A stretch of DNA of 64,000 nucleotides from an uncultured Gammaproteobacteria bacterium (GTDB taxonomy: Bacteria > Pseudomonadota > Gammaproteobacteria > Arenicellales > UBA868), in assembly GCA_905612355.1 (NCBI GenBank), contig CAJQRU010000111.1, forward strand, positions 1,690 through 65,689, written 5' to 3'. A program made the position numbers and the translations under genes. Shown piece by piece: positions 20,572 through 30,899 of this stretch; position 1 is the first letter of the stretch; each line of letters starts with the position of its first letter. Under the pieces are notes generated by a model. The model was not told where the DNA came from and did no database searches. It saw only the letters and a list, made by a program, of their open reading frames with translations.

Positions 20572-21573
20572 TTGCCAACTGCATTAATACAAGGACGGAT
20601 CGCTGTTCAGTACGAACACCTCTTAAGAGGTGAATTAAACGATGATTGGAGAATTCTTGTGTGGGATCCGTCTTGCAATGAACCTGATGAGTTTATTGCT
20701 ATGGCGCTTGAGGCAGATGCGATCATTGGTGGGAAGATACCCACACCGAACTGGCCGAAGACACCGAAACTGAAGCTGTTCCAGATTCCGTGGACGGGGT
20801 ATGACTTTTGTTCACCGGAAACCATGCCAAGGGGCATTCCTGTCTGTAATTGTTATGAACATGAAACGACGATCGCCGAATTCGTCCTTTGCGCGATGCT
20901 CGAAACAAAAATCGGGTTGCGGGATATTGACCGACGTTTTCGGGCCGAAGGGTGGGGCGGTAGGCCGCCAGGTTCATCTGAATATCACGGAGAAATCCGC
21001 AACCGGACGGTCGGTATTGTGGGTTACGGACATATCGGTAGGGAAGTGGCTCACCGGGCTGCTGCCTTCGGTATGCGAGTGATCGCGATCCGTCGATCGA
21101 AACAGAAAACCCCACCCCCGCTGGATTGGCTGGGAGGCACCGAGCAACTCGATCAATTATTGGCTGAAAGTGATTTTGTTGTGGTGGCCTGTGATATGAA
21201 CAAAGAAAGCATTGGCATGATAGGGGCGCCTCAATTAGCCAGAATGAAACCCGACAGCGTCATCATTAATGTGGGCCGTGGGCGGGTCATAGAGGAAGAG
21301 GCCCTTTACCAGGCGCTGAAGCATCGGTCGATTGGTGGTGCTGTCCTCGATGTTTGGTACAACTATATTGGTAATGACAAAAAAGATGTGTGGCCCTGTA
21401 ATTATCCATTCCAAGATCTTGACAATGTCATTCTCAGCGCCCATGAGAGTGCGGCGGCACCAGAGCAATTGGAGCGACGATGGAAGTTCGTAGCGGATAA
21501 TCTGCAGCGGGCGGCAAAGGGCGGGCTGCCAGAAAATCAGGTTTTTCTTGGAACGGCGACGGCGAATCTTTAA
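20572..21573 (+). CDS. D-isomer-specific 2-hydroxyacid dehydrogenase family, NAD-binding
   Basis: 333 aa with Rossmann motif VGIVGYGHIGREVA, followed by INVGRGRVIEEEAL and the catalytic-His region SAHESA. Confidence 0.85.
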   Translation: MPTALIQGRIAVQYEHLLRGELNDDWRILVWDPSCNEPDEFIAMALEADAIIGGKIPTPNWPKTPKLKLFQIPWTGYDFCSPETMPRGIPVCNCYEHETTIAEFVLCAMLETKIGLRDIDRRFRAEGWGGRPPGSSEYHGEIRNRTVGIVGYGHIGREVAHRAAAFGMRVIAIRRSKQKTPPPLDWLGGTEQLDQLLAESDFVVVACDMNKESIGMIGAPQLARMKPDSVIINVGRGRVIEEEALYQALKHRSIGGAVLDVWYNYIGNDKKDVWPCNYPFQDLDNVILSAHESAAAPEQLERRWKFVADNLQRAAKGGLPENQVFLGTATANL

Positions 21574-21633
21574 ATAATCGTTTTGGTCTAATTAGTGTTT
21601 CACCCGCGGGAGTGCGGTGAAACTTCGCTGGTT

Positions 21634-21670
21634 AAAAAAAACCCTGGCGCCGTTATGCGACGCCAGGGTT
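21634..21670 (-). terminator. rho-independent terminator of the substrate-binding-protein gene
   Basis: On the minus strand AACCCTGGCG-(11 nt)-CGCCAGGGTT forms a 10-bp GC-rich stem followed by T8. It lies 28 nt after the stop at 21698. Confidence 0.75.
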
Positions 21671-21697
21671 GATAGATGCGCGAAGGTTAAACCCGGA

Positions 21698-23311
21698 TCA
21701 TGCAAACCACCAACGTTCGGCCGCTTTGCACCCATCGAGTTCCCAGTTGCCGCCGATGACATCTGGCAATCCCACCTTATCGCTGGTTGCAAAGACATCA
21801 CTCAAGAACAGCGGGAGCACGGTACCACCGTCGTTATGCACAATTCGTTGCATCTCGACATAGATAGTACGTCGCTTGGCTTGGTCTGTTTCGACGCGGC
21901 CCAGTTTCAGCAACTCATCAAACCGGGCGTTTTTCCAATGGGTATCGTTCCAAGCCGCATCCCCAGCGTAGACGGTGGAGAACATCATGTTTTCGGTCGG
22001 TCGACCGGACCAATAACATGCTGAGAATGGTTTCTTCATCCATACATTGGACCAGTAACCATCATCAGGTTCGCGCACGACCTCCACGTTGATGCCCGCT
22101 GGCCGGGCGGTTTCTGCCATCATTTGACCCGCGTCAATGGAACCACCAAATCCGGTTTCTGCCGCGTGAAATTGAACATCTAAGCTGTCATATCCAGCTT
22201 TTTTCAGGTGGAACTTGGCCTTATCCGGATCGTAGGCGCGTTGGGGTAGTTCATCAGTCGTTGCGCGATAGAAGTTGGCTGGACCAATCGGGTTGTCGTT
22301 GCCGAGTTGACCGTACCCCTTCGCGATGACTTTAAGCCATTGCTCACGGTCAACGATGTACTTCATCGCGGTGCGAACATCATTGTTGTCGTAGGGTGAG
22401 ATGTCGGTCAACATGGGTAAAGTGACCTGCTTGTTCCCGGTGGTCGCGCCAACGTAGATCCCTGGTTGCCGTTTGAGCAGGTCTGCTGTTTTCGGTGAAA
22501 CATTGTTCATGGCATCTAGTTCCCCGGTACGCAGGGCATTTTCCCGCGCAGCCGAATCCGCTATCTGCAATGTTTCAACCTCGGCAAAGAACCGACGGCC
22601 TTGTTTCCAGTAGTTGGGGTTAGCCTTGGTTAACGTTCTAACACCTGGGTCGTGTTCAACCAGCGTGAACCCACCTGTGCCGATGCCTGACTTCCAATCG
22701 ATGCCACCATCACCGTTTGATGGGCAAATAAGGAGGTGGTAGTCGCTCAGGATGAAGGGAAAGTCAGCATCACCACCGCTCAATTCCACGGTGAAACCGT
22801 GTTTACCGGCAGCCTTGACGGAGGTCACTGCATTCAATTGGCCCTTGGCTGCAGATTTGGAGTCCTTTCCCAGATGATGATTTAATGAATCAACGACGTC
22901 TTGCGAGGTCAACGATTTTCCATTATGAAATTCAACACCCTGACGGACTTTGAAATTCCACGTTTTGGCGCCGTTACTGGCTTCCCAACTTTCAGCCAGT
23001 TCCGGCAGTAGATCGCCTGAGGCGGCCACCTCGGTCAGGTTGTTGCGCAATTGACCGAACTGTACGTTGATCATGTAATGATCAAGAATCTGGCCTGGAT
23101 CCAGCACATCGCTGGTTGCGCCACCGGTAACACCTTGACGAAATCGCCCGCCTTGTTTGGGTGCGGCCAACGCGCCTTGCATGTAAAGCCCAGGCACCAT
23201 CGCGCCAAGACCCATGGCCGATACACGGGATAAAAACTCGCGCCTGCTCATTTGGCCTTTAGCCACTTTGGCCTGCAGGCGATCCATTTCTATCTTTTGT
23301 CTTTCGTACAT
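21698..23311 (-). CDS. ABC transporter substrate-binding protein, family 5 (peptide/nickel/opine type)
   Basis: 537 aa with a Tat-like leader MSRREFLSRVSAMGLGAMV...ALA. Family-5 features seen in NPNYWKQG, DNPIGP and the overall length. Confidence 0.88.
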   Translation of the reverse strand: MYERQKIEMDRLQAKVAKGQMSRREFLSRVSAMGLGAMVPGLYMQGALAAPKQGGRFRQGVTGGATSDVLDPGQILDHYMINVQFGQLRNNLTEVAASGDLLPELAESWEASNGAKTWNFKVRQGVEFHNGKSLTSQDVVDSLNHHLGKDSKSAAKGQLNAVTSVKAAGKHGFTVELSGGDADFPFILSDYHLLICPSNGDGGIDWKSGIGTGGFTLVEHDPGVRTLTKANPNYWKQGRRFFAEVETLQIADSAARENALRTGELDAMNNVSPKTADLLKRQPGIYVGATTGNKQVTLPMLTDISPYDNNDVRTAMKYIVDREQWLKVIAKGYGQLGNDNPIGPANFYRATTDELPQRAYDPDKAKFHLKKAGYDSLDVQFHAAETGFGGSIDAGQMMAETARPAGINVEVVREPDDGYWSNVWMKKPFSACYWSGRPTENMMFSTVYAGDAAWNDTHWKNARFDELLKLGRVETDQAKRRTIYVEMQRIVHNDGGTVLPLFLSDVFATSDKVGLPDVIGGNWELDGCKAAERWWFA

Positions 23312-23631
23312 ATGTCAGCTCTCCTAGTGAAACAATTTTGCTCGATGAATTAGGCCTATCCTGGCGATTTGAGTTCGCTGATCAACGCTAAGGCTAATTC
23401 CTTGAGGTAAAATTTGCGAGATTGCTTAGACTAAGTCAACAAGTTTCCGTGTAATTAACGTTGTATTTCAAGTTTATCGGTATTTTTAGTAGGATTTTCC
23501 GGTTTAGTCGATCCGACAACTGCTAGTGGGGCAGCATTGCCACGTCGGAGAAAGGAATCTTGCGTCGTTTCATGAAGATCTTCTTTCACTCAGAATCAAG
23601 GCAGTGATTACAGGTGATTTAGGGTGGGGCT

Positions 23632-25163
23632 CTACAATAAATCGCGAGTTAAGGATTTTTGCCACTGCCTTTCACTAACAAGCATTTCATTTTCAAATGC
23701 CTTTACCGTAGCGAATAGGTAAAAATGACCGGTATCACAACGCAATGTGGTGTCGGTCTCCGTACGAATTGACCAGTCACCACGAGACATCCAACAAGTA
23801 TAGCGAGTGGTAGACCGTGCGCTGAGTGGCTCATTGGCAATAATTGACCATTGATCTTCTCGCCGATGGCGCACCCGCAAGCCATGGCCCGGTATTTCTT
23901 CCTCGCCCGTGTCGTCTATGACCTGAAGTTGTGTTCTCCCGGTACTTCGATCCCGCGTTACCGAGCGTTCATAGTGCGCTGGTCGATGGAGCGGGTATTG
24001 AGGCAACGGGTTTAGATTCTCTGGCTCGGTCAATTCATGAACGTCTCCCCCTTGACGGACAGGGAGCTGGACCGCGGTGCATTTACCCGTGTGAATTTGT
24101 GCTGTAACGAGGTAAGGGCAGGGCATGACCATAGGCCAGTACGCGGTGGAAATGGAGAGGCGAATGCGGTGACCCACCGACCATTCTCGCTCTTGCGCGG
24201 GACTCCCGGATGCACGCGTTCAGAGATATAGGCTCGGTAGGCTGGCAGTGACGTTACACCGTTGTCGACACCTTTCAGCCAGGCATCCCACCAGTTGAGC
24301 GCTTCTGTATGAAAATCTATCCGGGGGTGGGGAAAGGCCAAATGCGGGTATTGATGGATCCACGGTCCATTAATCGCCTTGCTAACCCCGGTGAAGTGTT
24401 CAATGGCCGCAGGCGGCGCGTTGATATACCCGTCGGCCCAGCCACTGATCACTAACGCCGGAATATTCATGGCGTCGTAATCTTCACAAATTGAGCCGCG
24501 TCGCCAGTAGTCATCACGGTGTTGGTGGGCAAGCCACGTTTCCAGTGGAAAGGGCTGGGTTTGGAGGCGCTTGAGCCACATCTCACGCCACGAGTCGCCA
24601 ACCAGGAGGGGGTCAGGCGGTTTCGAAGCAAAGCACAGCATCACAGCAGACCAACCGGCGTTTGAATACAGCAGGCAGCCGTTTTTGTAATGAATATCAT
24701 CGTTATAACGGTCCACGGTTGTGCCGATGGCAATGACGGCTCGTAAAGCGGGTGGCTTCATGGAGGCGATCTGAAGGCTGTTGAATCCGCCCCAGGAGAT
24801 ACCCATCATGCCGACATTGCCGTCGCACCAGGTCTGCTGTGCGATCCATGCAACCACTTCGACCCCATCTGTGAGTTCGCGCGCCGAGTATTCATCGTCA
24901 AAATCTCCGTCGGATTCCCCGGTGCCTGCGATATCCACTCGAATGCCGGCATAACCATTAGCGGCAAATATTGGGTAGGTCGATTCATCCCGTTGCGCGG
25001 TGCCATCACGTTTGCGGTAGGGGAGGTACTCCAGGATGGCTGGAACCGGAGATTGCTCAGGCCCATCGGGTAACCACAGCCTTGCGGCAAGGCGTCGACC
25101 ATCGCTGAGCGGTATCAGCAGGTGTGGAACTTCTTTAACGGGCGCGATTTGGCGTAAATTCAA
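23632..25163 (-). pseudogene. CocE/NonD (X-Pro dipeptidyl-peptidase S15) family hydrolase, frameshifted and probably internally shortened
   Basis: ORF 24030-25163 carries the alpha/beta-hydrolase part (GISWGGF nucleophile elbow, LPYRKRDGT). ORF 23632-24177, in another frame, carries the C-terminal part (GHRIRLSISTAYWPM). The two overlap by ~150 nt. Confidence 0.7.
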
Positions 25164-25445
25164 TGGTTTAACTTAACGAAGAAGATCGAAGCGCGTGCCT
25201 TTGGACACTGTTATTGGAGGGCCTGGGCGGATCCACCGTCTGGTAGCACGTATCATTGACCAGGTGCCGCGATGTCATTGCCAACGTGGGCTCCCGGCCA
25301 CGCTTAATTTCCCGCAATGGCGACCGAGTAGCCTTAGTCATGAGCAACAGAGCATGCAAGAGCGAATTCGCTATAGTCATGATGTCACGATAAGCTACGA
25401 CGATACAAACGAAACACGCCGTGACAATGGTGTGAAGCAGGGAGG

Positions 25446-26408
25446 GTGCTGGTGTCCTCGCTTTTAAGGGTGGTGTTGCAGAGGCTTGGGTTGGGTGTGA
25501 TGACGCTTTTCGTCGTCTCATTGATCATTGCGTTTGTCGTTGAGCTGCTACCCGGTGATATTACCCAGGCCATGTTGGGGCAGTCAGCCACACCAGAAAC
25601 GGTAGCGGCGTTTCGGGCCGAGATTGGTCTCGACCGACCGGCCCACATCCGTTACTTCGAGTGGTTACACGGGATGCTGACCGGTGATATGGGTCAGTCA
25701 CTGGCGAGCAAACGCGAGATTGCAGGATTTGTCGGACCTCGATTGTCCAATACGTTGTTTCTGGGCGGCGTTGCGGCTGCGATTGCGGTACCTCTGGCAC
25801 TGTTCCTAGGCTTGCTCGCTGCGTTGTACCGCAACAGCCTATACGACCGTATCGTTAACATGGCCACGTTGACTTCGATTTCTTTTCCTGAATTTTTTGT
25901 CGCCTACATTCTGATCCTCTTCTTTTCGGTAAAAGGTGGCTTCTTTCCGGGGATTTCCAATGTCAGTACGGATCTCGCCTTTGGTGACAAACTTTTTCGG
26001 ACGATTTTGCCCGCGTTGACCCTGACGCTCGTTGTATTGGCCCACATGTTGCGAATGACTCGGGCGGCGATTATTAACTTGTTGTCTAGCCCTTACATTG
26101 AGATGGCCCGTTTGAAAGGAACTCGACCATTTCGCATTATTGTCTACCATGCGTTACCCAATGCTTGGGGACCCATTGTTAACGTGATTGCTCTCAATCT
26201 CGCTTATCTAGTGGTTGGAGTGGTGGTGGTAGAGGTCGTCTTTGTCTACCCGGGGCTAGGGCAGTTGTTGGTGGACAGCGTGTCTAAGCGAGACCTGCCG
26301 GTGGTGCAGGCGTGTGCAATGATCTTCGCAGCGGTCTACATTTTGCTAAATCTGTTATCGGATATCGTGTCGATTGTTTCCAATCCGCGGCTCCTCCATC
26401 CGCGTTAG
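25446..26408 (+). CDS. ABC transporter permease (DppB-type)
   Basis: 320 aa with six TM segments and YIEMARLKGTRPFRIIVYHALPNA. Confidence 0.88.
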   Translation: MLVSSLLRVVLQRLGLGVMTLFVVSLIIAFVVELLPGDITQAMLGQSATPETVAAFRAEIGLDRPAHIRYFEWLHGMLTGDMGQSLASKREIAGFVGPRLSNTLFLGGVAAAIAVPLALFLGLLAALYRNSLYDRIVNMATLTSISFPEFFVAYILILFFSVKGGFFPGISNVSTDLAFGDKLFRTILPALTLTLVVLAHMLRMTRAAIINLLSSPYIEMARLKGTRPFRIIVYHALPNAWGPIVNVIALNLAYLVVGVVVVEVVFVYPGLGQLLVDSVSKRDLPVVQACAMIFAAVYILLNLLSDIVSIVSNPRLLHPR

Positions 26409-26411
26409 AGT

Positions 26412-27242
26412 ATGACAACTGCCGTCAAAGCCCTTCGTAGTGCACCAATCAGTGCGAAAATTGGGTTACTAATTGTCACGGCCTATGCCATTGTGGCGAT
26501 CTTTGCACCCTGGATTGCGCCCTATAGCGAAACCTCGATTGTCGGCTCGTCCTATGAGCTATGGTCAGATGAGTTTATTTTTGGAACCGATAATATTGGA
26601 CGCGATATGCTGTCGCGACTCATTTATGGTGCACGCAATACGATAGGCATAGCCTTTGCCACCGTGGTCCTGGCTTTTTTGATCGGTGGCATCACGGGCA
26701 TGCTCGTTGCTATTTTGGGTGGGTGGTACGACCTGCTGATTGGCCGGTTAGTCGATATTTTGATGGCAGTCCCCAGCCTTATTTTTGCCCTTCTGCTGCT
26801 GACTATCTTTGGCACCTCAATTCCTTCTCTCATCGTGATCATTGCAGTGCTTGACAGCACCCGAGTCTTTCGCATTGCCCGTTCTGCCGCGATGAATGTG
26901 GTCGTTATGGACTTTGTCGAGGTCGCGCAGCTGCGCGGGGAACGCATGTGGTGGGTGATTCGAAAAGAAGTTTTACCCAATATTACGGCGCCGCTGTTGG
27001 CGGAGTTTGGGTTGCGTTTTTGTTTTGTTTTTTTGTTTATCGCTTCATTGAGTTTTTTGGGGTTGGGTATTCAGCCCCCGACCGCTGACTGGGGTTCGAT
27101 GGTGCGCGAAAACGCAACATTGATTAACTACAACGACATTACACCGTTATTACCTGCGGCTGCCATTGCGGGCCTCACCGTCGCGGTAAATTTCGTGGTG
27201 GACTGGATGTTGCACTTGTCAAGCGGATTACGAAATGATTGA
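26412..27242 (+). CDS. ABC transporter permease (DppC-type)
   Basis: 276 aa with PYSETSIVG, GTDNIGRDMLSRLIYGAR and FVEVAQLRGE. Confidence 0.88.
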   Translation: MTTAVKALRSAPISAKIGLLIVTAYAIVAIFAPWIAPYSETSIVGSSYELWSDEFIFGTDNIGRDMLSRLIYGARNTIGIAFATVVLAFLIGGITGMLVAILGGWYDLLIGRLVDILMAVPSLIFALLLLTIFGTSIPSLIVIIAVLDSTRVFRIARSAAMNVVVMDFVEVAQLRGERMWWVIRKEVLPNITAPLLAEFGLRFCFVFLFIASLSFLGLGIQPPTADWGSMVRENATLINYNDITPLLPAAAIAGLTVAVNFVVDWMLHLSSGLRND

Positions 27243-27278
27243 TACGCTCTGGTGAGATATTCTATCTGTATCAGTTAG

Positions 27279-28505
27279 ATGGTCCCGTTCTCTAAAGAAA
27301 CCCCTCGAGTCTTGTTAAGCATGGTGCTGTTGGGCGCAATGCATTTTTTAATGCGCAGCAATAGGCGATTGTTTGTCGATGTCTTTTCGCGGCTGACGCA
27401 TGTTGTAACAATAGCGTGTGTTCTTTGCGGTGGCGTCTCAGCGTCTGACTCACAAGTATTGGTCTCGGAAAAGACTAATTTTAGAGTGACTGAATTAGCG
27501 ACCGACCTAGAGCATCCCTGGGGTTTAGCGTTTCTTCCCAATGGGGCAATGTTGATTACCGAACGCCCGGGCCGGCTGCGATATTTCTATAAGGGTGAAC
27601 TGTCGCCACGACTTGTAAAAGGATTGCCCCCGCTCCACTCGGCAGGTCAGGGTGGGCTTTTGGATATTGTTTTAGATCCCCAGTTTGCCGTGAATCGATT
27701 TATTTATTTTTCGTACGTGCGTGGTACGTCAGGGGAAATGGCAACCTCAGTCGCGCGGGCACGACTTGACAACATGACGCTCAGCGGGCTCGAAGTGATC
27801 TTTAACGCCTACCCAATGACGGGGAAACGCCATCACTTTGGGTCCCGTCTGCTGTTCGGATTGGATGGCACACTACTGATTACTTTAGGCGACCGCGGTC
27901 AACGTAATTGGGCGCAGAATCGTACGGTACACCCGGGTTCTGTTGTTCGTGTTTTGCCAAGCGGGGGCATTCCCTATGACAACCCATTCGTTAGGGGTCC
28001 TAAGGACGGGCGGGCGTTATTTTCCCACGGACATCGAAACCCCCAAGGGCTGGCGATGAACCCGAGTACTGGAGAAGTGTGGATACATGAGCATGGGCCG
28101 CGGGGAGGAGACGAGCTGAATCGACTGAACGCTGGCGTAAATTATGGGTGGCCGGTGATCAGTTATGGGCGAGAGTACTGGTCTTCTGCGCGTGTGGGCG
28201 AAGGAACCCACAAAGCCGGACTCGCACAGCCATTCCACTACTGGGTGCCATCAATTGCACCCTCTGGTATGGCTTTCTATTCAGGTAAGCTGTTTCCAAA
28301 CTGGAAGGATAACCTCTTCATTGGTTCCTTAAAGTTTAAAACACTGGTGCGCCTTGAGTTGGGCCGCGATCGCGTATTGCACGAAGAGCGGTTGTTGCCC
28401 CGAAAGTATGGTCGTATTCGGGATGTCCGCGAGGGACCTGACGGGGCTATTTACTTATTGACGGATGCCGCTAACGGACAGCTATTACGTCTGGACCCAA
28501 CTTGA
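27279..28505 (+). CDS. PQQ-dependent sugar dehydrogenase (soluble aldose/sorbosone dehydrogenase, YliI-like)
   Basis: 408 aa with LEHPWGLAFLPNG, GQGGLLDI, HFGSRL, SHGHRNPQGLA and NYGWP. Confidence 0.85.
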   Translation: MVPFSKETPRVLLSMVLLGAMHFLMRSNRRLFVDVFSRLTHVVTIACVLCGGVSASDSQVLVSEKTNFRVTELATDLEHPWGLAFLPNGAMLITERPGRLRYFYKGELSPRLVKGLPPLHSAGQGGLLDIVLDPQFAVNRFIYFSYVRGTSGEMATSVARARLDNMTLSGLEVIFNAYPMTGKRHHFGSRLLFGLDGTLLITLGDRGQRNWAQNRTVHPGSVVRVLPSGGIPYDNPFVRGPKDGRALFSHGHRNPQGLAMNPSTGEVWIHEHGPRGGDELNRLNAGVNYGWPVISYGREYWSSARVGEGTHKAGLAQPFHYWVPSIAPSGMAFYSGKLFPNWKDNLFIGSLKFKTLVRLELGRDRVLHEERLLPRKYGRIRDVREGPDGAIYLLTDAANGQLLRLDPT

Positions 28506-28845
28506 GCAGGGCTGAACTTCGCCTGGATGTCGCAAACAGACTTGGTGCGTAAAGCGCGGGCTGACCGTTTTCACCATTGATGGGAGCGAGCCCTATTAGG
28601 CCATGTGGCACTCCGGGTCAAAGATATAGTCTAAAAATCAACTTTGCGTTTCTGTTTTGCTGGGCGATCGCCGGTGCCATCACCAGTTTATTGATCATAG
28701 GGGCTCAGTAACCGGAGTTTATAGTTATTTATTCCCCACCAGAATGTTTTAACGAAACTCGCGTTTTAGACTTACGGGAAATTTTAGAATGTAACTCTAT
28801 AAATTTCTCTCTACATTACTTCGTTCACAACAAAACCGGATACCC

Positions 28846-29406
28846 ATGTCGATGGCAGATAAGAAAGTAGACAACGGCGTTAACGTCGAGGCGCTTCTTG
28901 GCGCTAGAGAGGCGTTGAGTGAGGCACCCGCGGCTGCACAGTTCACATGGCGTGCAAAGTGTGACTGGATCCATGGAACACACAGCAAAACCAGCGTTGA
29001 AGGCTTCTTTGGTCTCGGTGAAGAACAGAAGCATAAGACAGTATTCAATTTCGATGCAGATCACCCAGCGGTCTTCGCCTCGGAGGACAGAGGTGCAACA
29101 CCGGTCGAGATGGTCTTAGCCGGCTTAGCAAGTTGTCTGACGGCGGGTGTCGCGGCAGTGGCTCAGCATCGCGAGGTGCAGTTGAAATCCGTATCGGCAA
29201 CCCTGGAGGGGGGGATGGATATCCAGGGGATTCTGGGTATTGATAGTGATGTCAGAAACGGATTTGATGGGATCAAGGTGACCTATCAGATTGACGCTGA
29301 TGCGTCGCGGGAGGATATCGAAGCTATTGTCGCTCAATCACAGAAGAGATCTGCGGTTTATGACATCATCACGAACCCAACGAATGTGACTGTAGACGTC
29401 AGCTGA
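28846..29406 (+). CDS. OsmC-family protein
   Basis: 186 aa containing ATPVEMVLAGLASCLT and, near the C-terminus, KRSAVYDII, typical of the OsmC/Ohr fold. Confidence 0.75.
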   Translation: MSMADKKVDNGVNVEALLGAREALSEAPAAAQFTWRAKCDWIHGTHSKTSVEGFFGLGEEQKHKTVFNFDADHPAVFASEDRGATPVEMVLAGLASCLTAGVAAVAQHREVQLKSVSATLEGGMDIQGILGIDSDVRNGFDGIKVTYQIDADASREDIEAIVAQSQKRSAVYDIITNPTNVTVDVS

Positions 29407-29408
29407 GT

Positions 29409-30668
29409 TTGTTGTCGGTGGGGCCGCACGCAACGCGGAAAATCGATGTCGTTATAGTTGGCGCCGGTCACGCGGGACTGGCGATGAGTTATTGCCTCAA
29501 TGAAAGAGGTGTCGATCACGTTGTGCTGGAGCGGGCCGACATCGCAAATTCCTGGCGTACTGAGCGTTGGGATTCATTGCGTCTACTTACCCCAAACTGG
29601 CAAGCCCGCCTGCCTGGCATGGTGTACGAGGGGGATGACCCCGATGGTTTTCTGACGGTGCCGCAGGTGAGTCATTTTATAGAGTCTTATGCAGACAAGA
29701 TTTCCGCGCCGGTGGAAAGACGCACCAACGTGTTGGGAATTAAAGTTCACGGTAGCGGTTATTTGGTAGAGACGAACCAGGGTGATTGGCAAACCCGTGG
29801 GTTAGTGCTCGCGAGTGGCGCATGTAATAAGTCGAATGTGCCATTGGGGTTGACTGAATCGTTGCCGGATTCCGTTGATATTGTTCACGCGATTGATTAT
29901 CGCAATCCAGATCAGCTGGCTGAGGGTGGTGTGTTGGTCGTAGGCGCCGCGGCGACCGGCACCCAGCTCGCGCTCTAAGTGCAGCGCTCCGATCGACCAG
30001 TAACGTTGGCCGTGGGGGAGCACGTCAGATTGCCGAGGATATATCGAGAACGCGATATCTTCTATTGGATGCAAGCGGTTGGTCTCCTCGATGAAGGCTA
30101 CAAGGAAGTGGACGATATCAAGAGAGCGCGCAAGGTATCGTCTCCGCAATTAATCGGCTCGCCCGAACACGCTAGCTTGGGCCTCAATGAACTGACCAAG
30201 AGTGGTGTAAAACTGGTCGGTCGATACGTTGGCCTTCGCGAGGGCGTTGCGCAATTCTCTGGATCGTTACGCAACCACTGCGCGCTGGCCGACCTCAAAA
30301 TGAATCGTTTATTGAAACGGATTGATGAGTGGGTATTAGAGGAAGACCTCGCCAGTGGCGTCCCGGAACCACACCGTTTTGACCCGACTCAGGTGGAGGA
30401 GTCGCCTCCGTTAGAGATTAACCTCGCGAACGGCGACATAGGAACCATATTGTGGGCGACCGGTTTCCATCCTGATTACGATTGGCTTCATGTGCCCGTG
30501 TTCGATCGGAAGGGGCGTATTCGTCACGATGGCGGCGTTGTGGATGCGCCGGGGATGTACTTGCTTGGTGTTAATTTTTTGCGGCGTCGGAAATCGAGTT
30601 TTATCCATGGTGCCGAAGATGACGCAAACGACTTGAGCGATCATCTTGCGGCCTATTTAGCAGCTTAG
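29409..30668 (+). pseudogene. FAD/NAD(P)-binding flavoprotein (CzcO/flavin-monooxygenase-like) interrupted by an in-frame TAA
   Basis: ORFs 29409-29978 and 29979-30668 are in the same frame, separated only by TAA at 29976-29978. The first dinucleotide motif is VVIVGAGHAGLA. The second, VLVVGAAATGTQLAL*VQRS, is cut by the stop. Confidence 0.75.
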
Positions 30669-30899
30669 CAAACAAGAAGCCGTTAGTCTGAATAGACCTT
30701 CTAAGGCGTGTGGTTGGTGGGGAGAGATCACACGGGTAGTGGGTTATAAGGATTTTAAAACTACGCTTGGCTAGATACATGCTCTATTTCCACACTCGAG
30801 AAAAGAATAATCATCGAACAACGCTCTTCTCCATCATCTCACTGAGGTCTGTAGATCTGGCTAAACAGGCCACTCATGTGGGTGTAGTTAAAGATGATG

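Noticed and set aside
29976-29978. Recoded stop (selenocysteine or pyrrolysine) in the flavoprotein
   Set aside because: The codon is TAA, not TGA or TAG. The position aligns with an ordinary acidic residue in the dinucleotide-binding motif.
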